A DNA stretch of 42,811 nt, from IMG/VR virus record IMGVR_UViG_3300013126_000013; one strand, given 5' to 3'. Every line of letters starts with the position of its first letter. Position 1 is the stretch's first letter. This DNA comes from a virus. Taxonomy: Duplodnaviria > Heunggongvirae > Uroviricota > Caudoviricetes. The translations under genes and the position numbers were made by a program. Below are positions 25,635 to 34,567 of the stretch, one piece after another. The notes beneath the pieces were generated by a model. That model had not been told where the DNA came from, made no database searches, and saw only the letters and a program-made list of their open reading frames with translations.

Positions 25635-27221
25635 TTATTGAGCATTGCTTGGAGCCATCGCAGGTCCTGACGGCAATTTTGCCAGTTCCTGTTCTGTAAA
25701 TCTTGGGTTTGCTCCAGATACATGATCTGATATTGCTGCAGCAATCAATCGAGGATTGCCTCCACCCCAAGTACGAGTGTTGCCTAGATCAATATGAGTA
25801 AACTTTGTATTGCTATTTGGATAATGGCCGATGCCACCGATACCTTCTCTACTTGCAAGCTTGACAAGAAACGCTCTTTCTTCTTCAGTCAAATTTGCAC
25901 CAGATATATCAAGAGCCATGCCTCTCATATGCAGACTGTTCTTTGCAACACCTGTTGTGGTTTTTGAAAGTTCAGCATTCTTTTCTGGTGATCGATACGC
26001 GCTATTAATTGTAAGTGGCTTACCAATCGCTTTCGCAATTCGAAATGCAATTACATAAAGCATAGGATGATTATTAATGACGTACGTCCATCCACCTCTA
26101 CCAGACTTCTGATCAGCGACAGGAGTAGAAGCATGGTTGATTGAAACACTTCCAATACTTACACTCCCACTCGTTGAATTAAATAACTGAGTGAGGAATG
26201 CGCGCTCTTCACTGCTTATTACAGGATCTCTTAGCTTGCCGTTTCTTTGCGCTGCTTCTTCAGTAACCAATCGAGGTGTTTCAGGTGCCATTCGCGGTAG
26301 GCCGGCTTCAACAGATTTTGCAACTCGTTCATTCGTCATTTGCTTCATGCCAAATTCTGCAAGAGCGAAATTGTTAAACATGCTCTTTAATGAATCAAGT
26401 GGTGATTGCATAAAGGATGTAATACTATCTGAGAGTTGGCAGATTACCATAAGCAAATGAGCCATGGCTTCAGGCGTTAATTCTTCAAACTGTCCAGCAA
26501 GTTTTGCAATGATTTCTTCGATTTTATCCTTGATCGATTGAATGCTTAGGTCAGATAGGAACTGCTTTACTCTTTCGACTCGCTTCATAAATCTTCCAAA
26601 AGCAGCTTGTATTTGAAACGCATATGATTTAATTTGATCAACGAAGTTATTGATCATAGTCATAATTCTTTCTTTGAGCTCATCAACCATTTCTTGAAGC
26701 ATTAATTTCCACGCGTTCAATCTTGCAATAACACTTGCAAGAGAAAAGTTCTTTAGCTCATTAATTAGTTTTGCGCCTGCAGATAAGAATCCAATAATTT
26801 GTGCAAGCTTATTTACAAGACCTGCACAGCTATTACCTGTTGCTCTTTTTGCAAAGTTTGGATCTAAGTAATATTCCATCAAATCGAAGACGGTGATTAC
26901 TTGCTCAGAAGGAAGAGGCAATAGACTGATTTGATATATGTCGTTATCGCTATAACCTGCCCATTCCACAAATCCCGCAAAATCTCGTGGTGTAAGTGGA
27001 TCTACATTTTGTCGAGCAGTAATAATAGTATATGTGCTCGGTGCTCTCGATATAAGATTGTTCAGTGACGTCGTCATAAGAGAAATATTATGACGAGACA
27101 ACGCATCGCTATCATAGGATATGCGCTGGTCGACACTCAGCACTCTTTGAAGAGCTTGCTCGGGAGTAAGTATACGCGGAGAAAATTTTGAACCGATGGA
27201 ATCAAATGTGTTACAAGACAT
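25635..27221 (-). CDS. 528-aa protein with helical N-terminal region and C-terminal peptidase M15 (Zn D-Ala-D-Ala peptidase-like) domain
   Basis: INSAYRSPEKN...KNSLHMRGMALDI...GGIGHY...FTHIDLG gives the H, D, H zinc ligands. Confidence 0.82.
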   Translation of the reverse strand: MSCNTFDSIGSKFSPRILTPEQALQRVLSVDQRISYDSDALSRHNISLMTTSLNNLISRAPSTYTIITARQNVDPLTPRDFAGFVEWAGYSDNDIYQISLLPLPSEQVITVFDLMEYYLDPNFAKRATGNSCAGLVNKLAQIIGFLSAGAKLINELKNFSLASVIARLNAWKLMLQEMVDELKERIMTMINNFVDQIKSYAFQIQAAFGRFMKRVERVKQFLSDLSIQSIKDKIEEIIAKLAGQFEELTPEAMAHLLMVICQLSDSITSFMQSPLDSLKSMFNNFALAEFGMKQMTNERVAKSVEAGLPRMAPETPRLVTEEAAQRNGKLRDPVISSEERAFLTQLFNSTSGSVSIGSVSINHASTPVADQKSGRGGWTYVINNHPMLYVIAFRIAKAIGKPLTINSAYRSPEKNAELSKTTTGVAKNSLHMRGMALDISGANLTEEERAFLVKLASREGIGGIGHYPNSNTKFTHIDLGNTRTWGGGNPRLIAAAISDHVSGANPRFTEQELAKLPSGPAMAPSNAQ

Positions 27222-27231
27222 CTATTTTTCC

Positions 27232-28194
27232 TTAATTTGAATCGTCGACGTCTGTCGCAGAGATGCCGCCCATTGAATATGTAACAGCTTGTTGTGAATC
27301 TACAGCGTGTGCAGGAGGAGCACCAAGCGCACTCTTATTTGCTGATTTTGCTTGCGAAACCGAAACGGATTTTCCAGGCGAGTTGAGGTCGATGGTTGAA
27401 CCGATTACAACAATCGGCGATCCTCCACCACTTAAGCCAAGACCTTTACCCTGAATGTTCATTTCGTCTGAGCTTAGAATACCAATTTCTTTACTTCCAA
27501 TATTTAAAGATTCACCGCTCTTAACATGCAATTCGGTAAGACTTTCGATTGAAAGCTTTCCTTCTGCGTAAAGGTCGATCGTATCAACTTTTGCTGTCAT
27601 TGCGATACGTGTAGTCGATAAGTCAATGCCATTTCCTGCATTTAAATTAATTGCACCACCAGCAAGCAAATTGATGTCTTGGCCAGAAATAAGATCGATA
27701 CTTGATGCACTATTGATTACGGTCTTACCGCCAGATACACCAATTGTATATCCAGCTTTATACATACCTTCTTTTGCGCCGTCAAATACTTCAATCGAGT
27801 TTTCATCAGAGGTAAGAACTACATCACCAGCAGAACTAATCGTAATCGACCCGTCATGTGCGATTGTAATTCTACTTCCAGATTGATGAATAATGTTAAT
27901 GAACTCGGCGTTTGGCCCACCGCCGATTTCAACATAGCTGCCGCCATATCTTGCCTGCCACATAGTACTTTGCGTAGAGCCAGAGAATGGCACTCCAGGT
28001 TCACTCCAGGTGTTGCCAGAGGGCATGACAACATCCTTCTTAGCCATACCAACGGCATTGAGATAAGGCGTTCTCTCGAGGCCCTCTCCGTTCATCTGTG
28101 CTGGTAGAGTCGTTCGTCCGTAGTTATTGATAACTTCACTTACGCCAGGTTGAACTGCTGGATTTGCATCTTCTGCTATATTATACGTTGCCAT
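27232..28194 (-). CDS. gp5 C-terminal beta-helix (spike) portion encoded as a separate gene
   Basis: WSEP, GSYVEI, IHQSGSRITI..DGSI, short beta-strand repeats; own SD GGAGA. Confidence 0.75.
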   Translation of the reverse strand: MATYNIAEDANPAVQPGVSEVINNYGRTTLPAQMNGEGLERTPYLNAVGMAKKDVVMPSGNTWSEPGVPFSGSTQSTMWQARYGGSYVEIGGGPNAEFINIIHQSGSRITIAHDGSITISSAGDVVLTSDENSIEVFDGAKEGMYKAGYTIGVSGGKTVINSASSIDLISGQDINLLAGGAINLNAGNGIDLSTTRIAMTAKVDTIDLYAEGKLSIESLTELHVKSGESLNIGSKEIGILSSDEMNIQGKGLGLSGGGSPIVVIGSTIDLNSPGKSVSVSQAKSANKSALGAPPAHAVDSQQAVTYSMGGISATDVDDSN

Positions 28195-28206
28195 AATCTA
28201 TCTCCA

Positions 28207-29001
28207 TTACTGCGGCCCAGCACCGCTCGAGCACTGCGCAATTTGAGCTTCATAGGATTCGACCAATGCAGCATTTCCGCCACCATTGATATATTGCTCT
28301 TGAATATCTTCACGAGGATTTTCAAAGTAGCGAGTAAAGTAGTTTGCTGCTTCCGTTGCGTTCGTGAACGATCTCTTTGCAAACTTGACTCCTTCAGGAT
28401 CGCTATTGATTGCGTAACGAACTTGTCCGGTTGGATTTGTTTGCCAATCTGGAACGGCTGCAATGAATGCTTCCTTACGAGATGGGAATGTATATTGGAA
28501 CAAACCAACACCGCCTCCCCCACCGACTTCAAGTATTCCAGGATTGAACCCAGACTCGCGATGGATATTTACAAGAACGCCAATTGCATGGTTGTGACTT
28601 AGTCCACTATTTCTAAGATCTGAATATGCTGAGCACGGGTCGTAAGTAGTGTTCGTAACTGGAGTAGCATCAAAGTCTTGAGTCACACCGGTTACGTCCC
28701 TTGGAAGAGAAGTGTATAGACCGCCGCTTATCGATCCAAGAACGAAAGGATGCTGCGCGTCTCTTCCATCCATAAAGAAACCGAAGACGAGTGTTCCTCT
28801 TTCTGGCCAATTGAACATTCGATTGAAATTGGCGTTTACAACATACGCCCAAGGTAAATCATCCGTTGTTACGGTATCAAGCGAAGTATCAGTTGGATGA
28901 TAACCAAAGCATCTCACCTTCAGCCTGCCGTCACCAGCAGCTTCTACCTGTTCAACGATACCGATGAACCAATGTGGATTAAAACCTCTTTCACTTATCA
29001 T
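28207..29001 (-). CDS. gp5: gp5 N-terminal OB-fold plus phage tail lysozyme-like domain
   Basis: WFIGIVE...GRLKVRCFGYH...DDLPWA...G..VFGFFMDGRDAQHPFVLG; AIGVLVNIHRESGFNP...GLFQYT. Confidence 0.85.
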   Translation of the reverse strand: MISERGFNPHWFIGIVEQVEAAGDGRLKVRCFGYHPTDTSLDTVTTDDLPWAYVVNANFNRMFNWPERGTLVFGFFMDGRDAQHPFVLGSISGGLYTSLPRDVTGVTQDFDATPVTNTTYDPCSAYSDLRNSGLSHNHAIGVLVNIHRESGFNPGILEVGGGGGVGLFQYTFPSRKEAFIAAVPDWQTNPTGQVRYAINSDPEGVKFAKRSFTNATEAANYFTRYFENPREDIQEQYINGGGNAALVESYEAQIAQCSSGAGPQ

Positions 29002-30344
29002 GATAACTTAATACCGCCTCGTGTTAATTTAAGCTGTTGCTTGAAAACATTGCCATCGAAGATAGAATTCACAGATTCAACTAGATACATACCATTTAAA
29101 CGTTCTTCTTCTTCAGTAGTTTTCTGATATGCGTGTTTGTATAGTGTAATGTTAATGTATGATCCGGCAAAAACATCGTTTCTTCCATACACTGTTATGT
29201 TCAAAGTATTCATGTTGTGATTATAGAAATGTGCTAGCTTTTTTGTGTATAGGTCTGAATAGTGAGTATCGGATCTAATTCCTTCGCCGCCTGGAACACC
29301 CGGCCCAGACCAATCTCGGAAGATATGGTATTCTTTTTCTCTCGACATATTCTCACGTATGAATAACTTATCATGAACTGGATTTAATTCAGGATCATGA
29401 TTTCCTTCTTCAGTATAATCGTAAGTCTTTGAATCAATATTCATGGTGAGCAAATTGAATTCATAAACGATTCGACGGTATCCACCTTGAGAAAGTGTAT
29501 CAATTGTATTCACTCGAGTACCGAAGTTAACATCGAGAATTTCAGTCATCGCAGAGTATTGCGAATCAGCACTAATAGATCCAGCGTAGTTGCGTTTGTA
29601 ATCAAGGACTGGTCGTTGAATACCACTTCGATCTTCTCCAGACTTTAAAGCTCTGCTTTGCATATACTCGTTCGTTGCAAAGAAGAAAGCATCTCGTGCT
29701 TCAAAAAAGCGAAATGTTTGAGAAGGAGTCATTCCGTTATTAAGAGGATTTTCGTCTGAATAAGCATTTCTCACAAACAGATTCATTGCTTCTTCTGTAC
29801 TATATTTTGGAACAACAATCGTTCTGCGGTTCGTAGTTTTTTCGGCAATTAGGAATTTGAGTTTCTTTCGAAATAACTTTTCAACTGGTCTTTGATAATA
29901 TTCATCAAACGCGTCAATTGCGTAGTCACTAATCAACTGTGTTCCAGCAATTGAATCTGTGTATGCTCTTTGAAGATATGAATTTTCTGATAGAAACTTG
30001 TATGGTGAAGTAAAGTTAAGAGTGTATTGCACAAAGCTTGGATTCTTTTCATCACCATAATTAACATTATCTACAGCGTATACGAAATAGTATTCGGTTC
30101 TTTCATTATCGAACCAATCTGCATATGTAACTCGAATAAATTCTTGCCCACGGATTGGGAACTCATTTAGAATATCATACGCTTCAAATATTGTTGCGCT
30201 GCCTCGAATAGCGCCGTTATTCATTGATTCAAGAATATTAAAGCTACCAACAAGACCAAGCATATTACGCTCAACATTAAGAGATTTGTTGAGTAGAGTA
30301 AACTCTCGTAATTCGTAATGTCCAGCTTGTTTGATATTAGCCAT
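28998..30344 (-). CDS. Baseplate hub protein, gp27-like (448 aa)
   Basis: Position between gp53 and gp5; FNILESM...RGSATI....ILNEFPIRGQE; terminal G.YLVESV...F. Confidence 0.6.
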   Translation of the reverse strand: MANIKQAGHYELREFTLLNKSLNVERNMLGLVGSFNILESMNNGAIRGSATIFEAYDILNEFPIRGQEFIRVTYADWFDNERTEYYFVYAVDNVNYGDEKNPSFVQYTLNFTSPYKFLSENSYLQRAYTDSIAGTQLISDYAIDAFDEYYQRPVEKLFRKKLKFLIAEKTTNRRTIVVPKYSTEEAMNLFVRNAYSDENPLNNGMTPSQTFRFFEARDAFFFATNEYMQSRALKSGEDRSGIQRPVLDYKRNYAGSISADSQYSAMTEILDVNFGTRVNTIDTLSQGGYRRIVYEFNLLTMNIDSKTYDYTEEGNHDPELNPVHDKLFIRENMSREKEYHIFRDWSGPGVPGGEGIRSDTHYSDLYTKKLAHFYNHNMNTLNITVYGRNDVFAGSYINITLYKHAYQKTTEEEERLNGMYLVESVNSIFDGNVFKQQLKLTRGGIKLS

Positions 30345-31137
30345 TCAACAAACTCTTCAAATCTTTTTCGACTCGTTGCGCATAGTCGGCATTAATAAGG
30401 AATATAGTTCTACGATCTTCATTCAGCTGTGTTTCGTATTCGTATACGCGAACTGGTGTCCAATCACCGACCGTTATATCTCCCAAACGATAGGTGTCAT
30501 ACGATATTTTAATAGTTGTATCAGTATTTTTTGTACAGTAGACTACGTTTGTATCTATCAATGTACTTGACAAAAACGTATCTACATTCAGTGACAATGT
30601 ATGAGTTACTGTACTGTTTGTGGTGGTTGTAATATTGATCGCTGTGCCATTTCTTGCGTTTGTTGCAGATGTTGCGAGCTTAATGATATTTGAGTTTACA
30701 CGAATAACATAATATGTGGTACCAGATGTGAGGCCGGCGATTGCTGGGCTTCCAGTATAAATGACTGGATCAGTTGTCTTAAACCCATGTGCAGTTGAAG
30801 TAATACGATTTGATGAGACATTTACTTTATTGCCGGCAAAAGAAATAGAATGTGCATACTTCTTGCGAATCGTCGATTCAAACTTTTCATTTGAGAGCGG
30901 CCATTGCGTGTATGGGTCGATAATGTTGTTTGCTAGATATATCATCCATACTTTGTTCACATCTCCATAATATAGGCGCGCGATATCTTCCGGACGGTCA
31001 TCACTTGTTACAGTGTAAGGTAAAAACAAATACGGATCTGCTTGAAGCTTTTCAGCAACCTTTACACGACGAGTAATATCAGTTACGGTCTCGCCGCCGT
31101 ACTCTATCTTTGGAAAGTAGCGAAAATACTTAGCCAT
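30337..31137 (-). CDS. gp53: Baseplate wedge gp53 with a ~90-aa beta-rich insertion
   Basis: YFRYFPKIEY, DDRPEDIA..YYGD...W.I.LANNIIDP..QWPL, YEYE..LNE.RR.I. Confidence 0.9.
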   Translation of the reverse strand: MAKYFRYFPKIEYGGETVTDITRRVKVAEKLQADPYLFLPYTVTSDDRPEDIARLYYGDVNKVWMIYLANNIIDPYTQWPLSNEKFESTIRKKYAHSISFAGNKVNVSSNRITSTAHGFKTTDPVIYTGSPAIAGLTSGTTYYVIRVNSNIIKLATSATNARNGTAINITTTTNSTVTHTLSLNVDTFLSSTLIDTNVVYCTKNTDTTIKISYDTYRLGDITVGDWTPVRVYEYETQLNEDRRTIFLINADYAQRVEKDLKSLLNG

Positions 31138-32021
31138 TATGCGTAATCCTCTTGAGTATGAATCTCAGATTCAATGATGGTAACAGCTAAGTTAACCATT
31201 GCAGGACGAGAACCAGTTGGACCCTTATTTACAACAACATGACCTTGAGGGGTATAGTCGACTGTTACGTTCGATATCATCGCCGTTTTGAACAATGGAA
31301 AGTAATTCTGATCAAGACCAACAAAGAATACATCGACCATATTTGGGTAGTTCAGTAGTGCTCGACTTAACACGTTTGATTGTGTACCTTCTACTCCGCC
31401 GTAAGATGGTAGTGAAGCAGATTTGAATCTTTTGACGATATCACGAATCTGTTCTGACTCGGTTTCATTGTTTGGAATTAATGTCCATTCAAATGTGTAT
31501 TGTTTCAGAGCGATACCGTTAAATACAAGAGCTTGGTGAGGGTTAACTGCGGTGCCGGTTCCTACTGATAAACCTTGTTCAATTTCAGAACCACCGATGG
31601 ATGTCAAGCCAGCTCGAGCAGCAAAGGTTGCAAATGATGCAAGCCCACTTGCACTTACATTACGAGGATCGAGTACGCTGCCACCAGTGAGCTTACTGAT
31701 CGCGTCAGTGGCTGCTCCAACTAATCCTTGATCTGAATTCATTGCTGCAGCAACATCGACAACAGCAGCTCCAGTAATTCCAAGTTCGCGACCCATTACG
31801 TCTGGGCTTGTTACATCTTGAATAGTCTTTGGCAATGGAAGAGCAATTGAGCCGTTCGACACTGTAGTCGTGCCACCAGCCGGTCTTGCGCTGTAGTTTT
31901 TAAAGTTAAAGATCATTGCATGAGAAGTAGCTTCCGAAGGATACCTCAGAAGAGATGAAGCTACATTTGATGTGCTTCTGTTTCTGTTAATAACATCTTG
32001 GGCTGGTCTGACGAATGCCAT
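31137..32021 (-). CDS. gp48: Baseplate tail-tube cap gp48
   Basis: LRYP, IALPLP, AVNPHQALVFNG...YTFEW.L.P..E.ES, L.YP, V.VDYTP.G. Confidence 0.88.
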   Translation of the reverse strand: MAFVRPAQDVINRNRSTSNVASSLLRYPSEATSHAMIFNFKNYSARPAGGTTTVSNGSIALPLPKTIQDVTSPDVMGRELGITGAAVVDVAAAMNSDQGLVGAATDAISKLTGGSVLDPRNVSASGLASFATFAARAGLTSIGGSEIEQGLSVGTGTAVNPHQALVFNGIALKQYTFEWTLIPNNETESEQIRDIVKRFKSASLPSYGGVEGTQSNVLSRALLNYPNMVDVFFVGLDQNYFPLFKTAMISNVTVDYTPQGHVVVNKGPTGSRPAMVNLAVTIIESEIHTQEDYA

Positions 32022-32030
32022 GAAGTATCC

Positions 32031-32038
32031 TATAAATA
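32031..32038 (+). promoter_or_regulatory. T4-type late promoter for gene 4
   Basis: Exact TATAAATA 33 nt upstream of the gp4 ATG. Confidence 0.8.
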
Positions 32039-32054
32039 CGTAGGTAGTTTAAGA

Positions 32055-32062
32055 TATTTATA
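32055..32062 (-). promoter_or_regulatory. T4-type late promoter for the gp48-to-baseplate/tail operon
   Basis: Exact TATAAATA on the minus strand 33 nt upstream of the gp48 ATG. Confidence 0.8.
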
Positions 32063-32071
32063 TGGACATTC

Positions 32072-32530
32072 ATGGCGTATTACCAGGGCAGATTCAAACC
32101 AAAGAATCCACAAAAATATAAAGGTGATCCGACTAATATCGTATACAGATCTGGTTGGGAACTCAAACTATTCAATTATCTCGATGAACATCCAAACGTA
32201 ATCAAATGGGGTAGCGAGGAATTAGTTATTCCCTACAAGAGTCCTATCGACGGCCGTTGGCATCGATACTTTCCAGACGTTTATGTAGAACAGATCGGTA
32301 TAGAAGGAAAAAAGCAAACTATATTGATTGAAGTAAAGCCAAAAAGTCAAACAGTTGCACCGAATCCAGATAATAAGTTAACCGCTAAAGGTAAACCTAC
32401 TAAACGTTACCTCACTGAGGTTATGACTTACGGGGTAAATCAGGCTAAATGGAAAGCAGCTCAAGAATTTTGTGCAGATCGAGGTTGGAACTTCTTAATC
32501 ATGACTGAAATAGAACTAGGTATTAAATAG
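32072..32530 (+). CDS. gp4: Head completion protein gp4 (TnsA-like nuclease fold)
   Basis: YQGRFKPKNPQKYKGDPTNIVYRSGWE...WGSEE..IPY.SP.DG..HRYFPD...IEVKP. Confidence 0.95.
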   Translation: MAYYQGRFKPKNPQKYKGDPTNIVYRSGWELKLFNYLDEHPNVIKWGSEELVIPYKSPIDGRWHRYFPDVYVEQIGIEGKKQTILIEVKPKSQTVAPNPDNKLTAKGKPTKRYLTEVMTYGVNQAKWKAAQEFCADRGWNFLIMTEIELGIK

Positions 32531-33115
32531 TTTGCAGTTATCGAAGTGCCATCTTTTCATTTGGTTAAGTTTACCAATTTTATTGCAATGTGGACAATTA
32601 ACGGTTGGCCTGGCTTTAGCGATACTTGAAAGAGATTCTTTATGAGATTCAGTAAAAATCATCCCTGTATGAGCATTTGACATATTTACTCTGTGTCTAT
32701 CGCTATATTTTCTTCCAATTTTTGCTTCAGACATCTTTTTTCTTTGGTAGTCAGATTTTTTAACGCCTCTAAATCTTTTTGATACTAGTGCTTTCTCTTC
32801 ACTTGACATTTGTCTTCCAAGTGTATTTGGTGGAGCTCTCCAGACCATATTGTAATATGTCTCATCTAAATCTGCGCGCACTCTTTTTAAAAAACGACTT
32901 TCTAATTTTTGAATATAGTTGTAATCTCTATGGTGTATAATTTTTACGCGTAAAAAGTCATTTGGCCTAGTGTTATATTCTCTTCTAAATACTGTGCCAC
33001 TTCCAATGTAAGAATAACCACGTGATCCGTTATGAATGCCGATATAACGCTTTTTTGTAAGTGTGTCTAGCCAAACATACAAATACGGTTTTGTAGCTAT
33101 GCTATAAATAGTCAT
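32516..33115 (-). CDS. Free-standing GIY-YIG (Seg-like) homing endonuclease with NUMOD3-type repeats
   Basis: YLY..KRYIGIH..YIGSG, later E; S....KMSEAK.G helices; C-terminal CPHC..G....RWHFDNCK. Confidence 0.85.
   Translation of the reverse strand: MTIYSIATKPYLYVWLDTLTKKRYIGIHNGSRGYSYIGSGTVFRREYNTRPNDFLRVKIIHHRDYNYIQKLESRFLKRVRADLDETYYNMVWRAPPNTLGRQMSSEEKALVSKRFRGVKKSDYQRKKMSEAKIGRKYSDRHRVNMSNAHTGMIFTESHKESLSSIAKARPTVNCPHCNKIGKLNQMKRWHFDNCKLFNT
33103..33110 (+). promoter_or_regulatory. Candidate late promoter for gene 2, embedded in the first codons of the antisense endonuclease gene
   Basis: Exact TATAAATA ~92 nt upstream of the gp2 ATG. Confidence 0.6.
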
Positions 33116-33187
33116 GCTGGAACTCCTAAGTTTCTAGAGTAGGTGGGGATTCTTCCCGGTCTCCCGTGACCTACATCAATATTTATA
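33116..33187 (-). promoter_or_regulatory. Late promoter plus structured leader of homing endonuclease 1
   Basis: TATAAATA-5nt-GTAGGT CAC GGGA(12 nt)TCCC C ACCTAC-TCTAGAAAC-TT-AGGAGTTCCAGC-ATG. Confidence 0.8.
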
Positions 33188-33201
33188 ATTTAAGGGTTCT
33201 T

Positions 33202-33792
33202 ATGGCGATTCTATTTGATACAGTCTTAACAAAAGGTATTCGAGCCGGCCAAATGCCAGCACGAACCGAGGCTGCGCGTCAGTGGTATCGTGATACAGCT
33301 CAAAGCTATAAGCGTATTGATGAACGTCAGCTAATGAAGGGCGATGCTGAGAGGCTCACAATGAAGCCTCTTGTTGGACAGATGTACATGTATTACTACG
33401 ACCCGAAGCATAAAGCAACTCTTCCTTATTATGATAGATTCCCATTAGTGTTTCCGTATCGTAAAGTGCCAGGCGGATTCATGGGTCTGAACCTACACTA
33501 TCTTCCGTATGTATATCGCGCTAAGCTTATGGATGCTCTATACGACGTGGCAAACAACGACAAGTTTGATGAAACGACGAAGCTTAAGTTGAACTACAAT
33601 ATCCTAAACGGATCTTCTAAGTTCAAGTATTTTGCTCCATGTGTGAAACACTACTTAACCGATCACTTACGTAGTCGGTTTCTCTATGTATATCCATCAG
33701 AATGGGATATCGCGTTGTTTCTTCCTACGGAAAGATTCCAAGGCGCAACAAAACAAAAAGTCTGGCAAGACTCAAAGAAACTCATAGTGTAA
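33202..33792 (+). CDS. gp2: DNA end protector protein gp2
   Basis: G.MYMYYYDPKHK.TLPYYDRFPLVFP...GFMGLNLHYLP..R; start placed at ATG 33202. Confidence 0.93.
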   Translation: MAILFDTVLTKGIRAGQMPARTEAARQWYRDTAQSYKRIDERQLMKGDAERLTMKPLVGQMYMYYYDPKHKATLPYYDRFPLVFPYRKVPGGFMGLNLHYLPYVYRAKLMDALYDVANNDKFDETTKLKLNYNILNGSSKFKYFAPCVKHYLTDHLRSRFLYVYPSEWDIALFLPTERFQGATKQKVWQDSKKLIV

Positions 33793-33802
33793 GGTCACCT
33801 CG

Positions 33803-34555
33803 ATGGTATTCAACATCAACGATTTTAAAGCGCATGTCAGTAACAGAGGGTTAGCAAAAAACAATCTGTTCTATTGTGCTATTACCATCCCGACTACTTT
33901 GAGTAATACGGTGGGCTCTACAATTACGTCAAATGAACTTACATTCTTCTGTAAGTCAGCTCAGATTCCATCGTTCGACTTAACTACTGTTTCATTCCGT
34001 CAGCACGGCTACGGCAGAGAATATAAGCGCCCAATGGACTTCAATACTTCTTCTCTACCACTCATCTTCATGGTCGATGCAGAGTTTGGAGTTATGAAGT
34101 ACTTCCACAAGTGGATGCAATCGATCTTCAACTTTAACACTGGCGCGGTTGCAGCTGAAGATGTATATCGTAAATTGCCAAATGAATTTGAATATCGTGA
34201 TAACTATGCAGCGCGAATTGAATTATATGTCTTTTCAGCAAACGACGTACAAAAGGTTTACAAATACACATTCGATAAAGCATATCCGGTTTCAATCGGC
34301 ACTGTTGATATGTCGTGGGAAAATCAAAGTGATGTGATGTCTCTACCAGTTAATTTCGAGTATGATTCACTTACTCTTGAAACTGTTGAGTATGCTTCAA
34401 TTGCGCCGGATCTTGATCGTCAAAACGGATTGATTTCGTATATTAGCGCGATTAATGGATTCGGCCAAGCAATTCAGCAGATCGACCGCCCACGCAATAT
34501 TCAAGACCTCATTCTTACTTACACAAACATCAACACCATTTTCGGTGCATTATAA
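33803..34555 (+). CDS. gp54: Baseplate tail-tube initiator gp54 (tail-tube fold)
   Basis: GLAKNNLF, LTFFC.SAQIP, YF.KW...IF, F..AYP.SIG..D.SW. Confidence 0.8.
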   Translation: MVFNINDFKAHVSNRGLAKNNLFYCAITIPTTLSNTVGSTITSNELTFFCKSAQIPSFDLTTVSFRQHGYGREYKRPMDFNTSSLPLIFMVDAEFGVMKYFHKWMQSIFNFNTGAVAAEDVYRKLPNEFEYRDNYAARIELYVFSANDVQKVYKYTFDKAYPVSIGTVDMSWENQSDVMSLPVNFEYDSLTLETVEYASIAPDLDRQNGLISYISAINGFGQAIQQIDRPRNIQDLILTYTNINTIFGAL

Positions 34556-34567
34556 TGGAGTTATACT

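Noticed and set aside
25632-25639. AATAAATA upstream of gene 25 as an internal late promoter
   Set aside because: One mismatch and coincident with a stop codon in AT-rich sequence; cannot be distinguished from chance
28176-28532. 118-aa alternative-frame ORF spanning the gene 5 split, considered as a frameshift bridge
   Set aside because: The two gp5 halves are already in the same frame, this ORF ends shortly after the junction, and it shows no protein-like motif
33166-33201. Longer N-terminus for gp2 in the ORF track
   Set aside because: Overlaps the endonuclease promoter and hairpin; gp2-like sequence begins near ATG 33202
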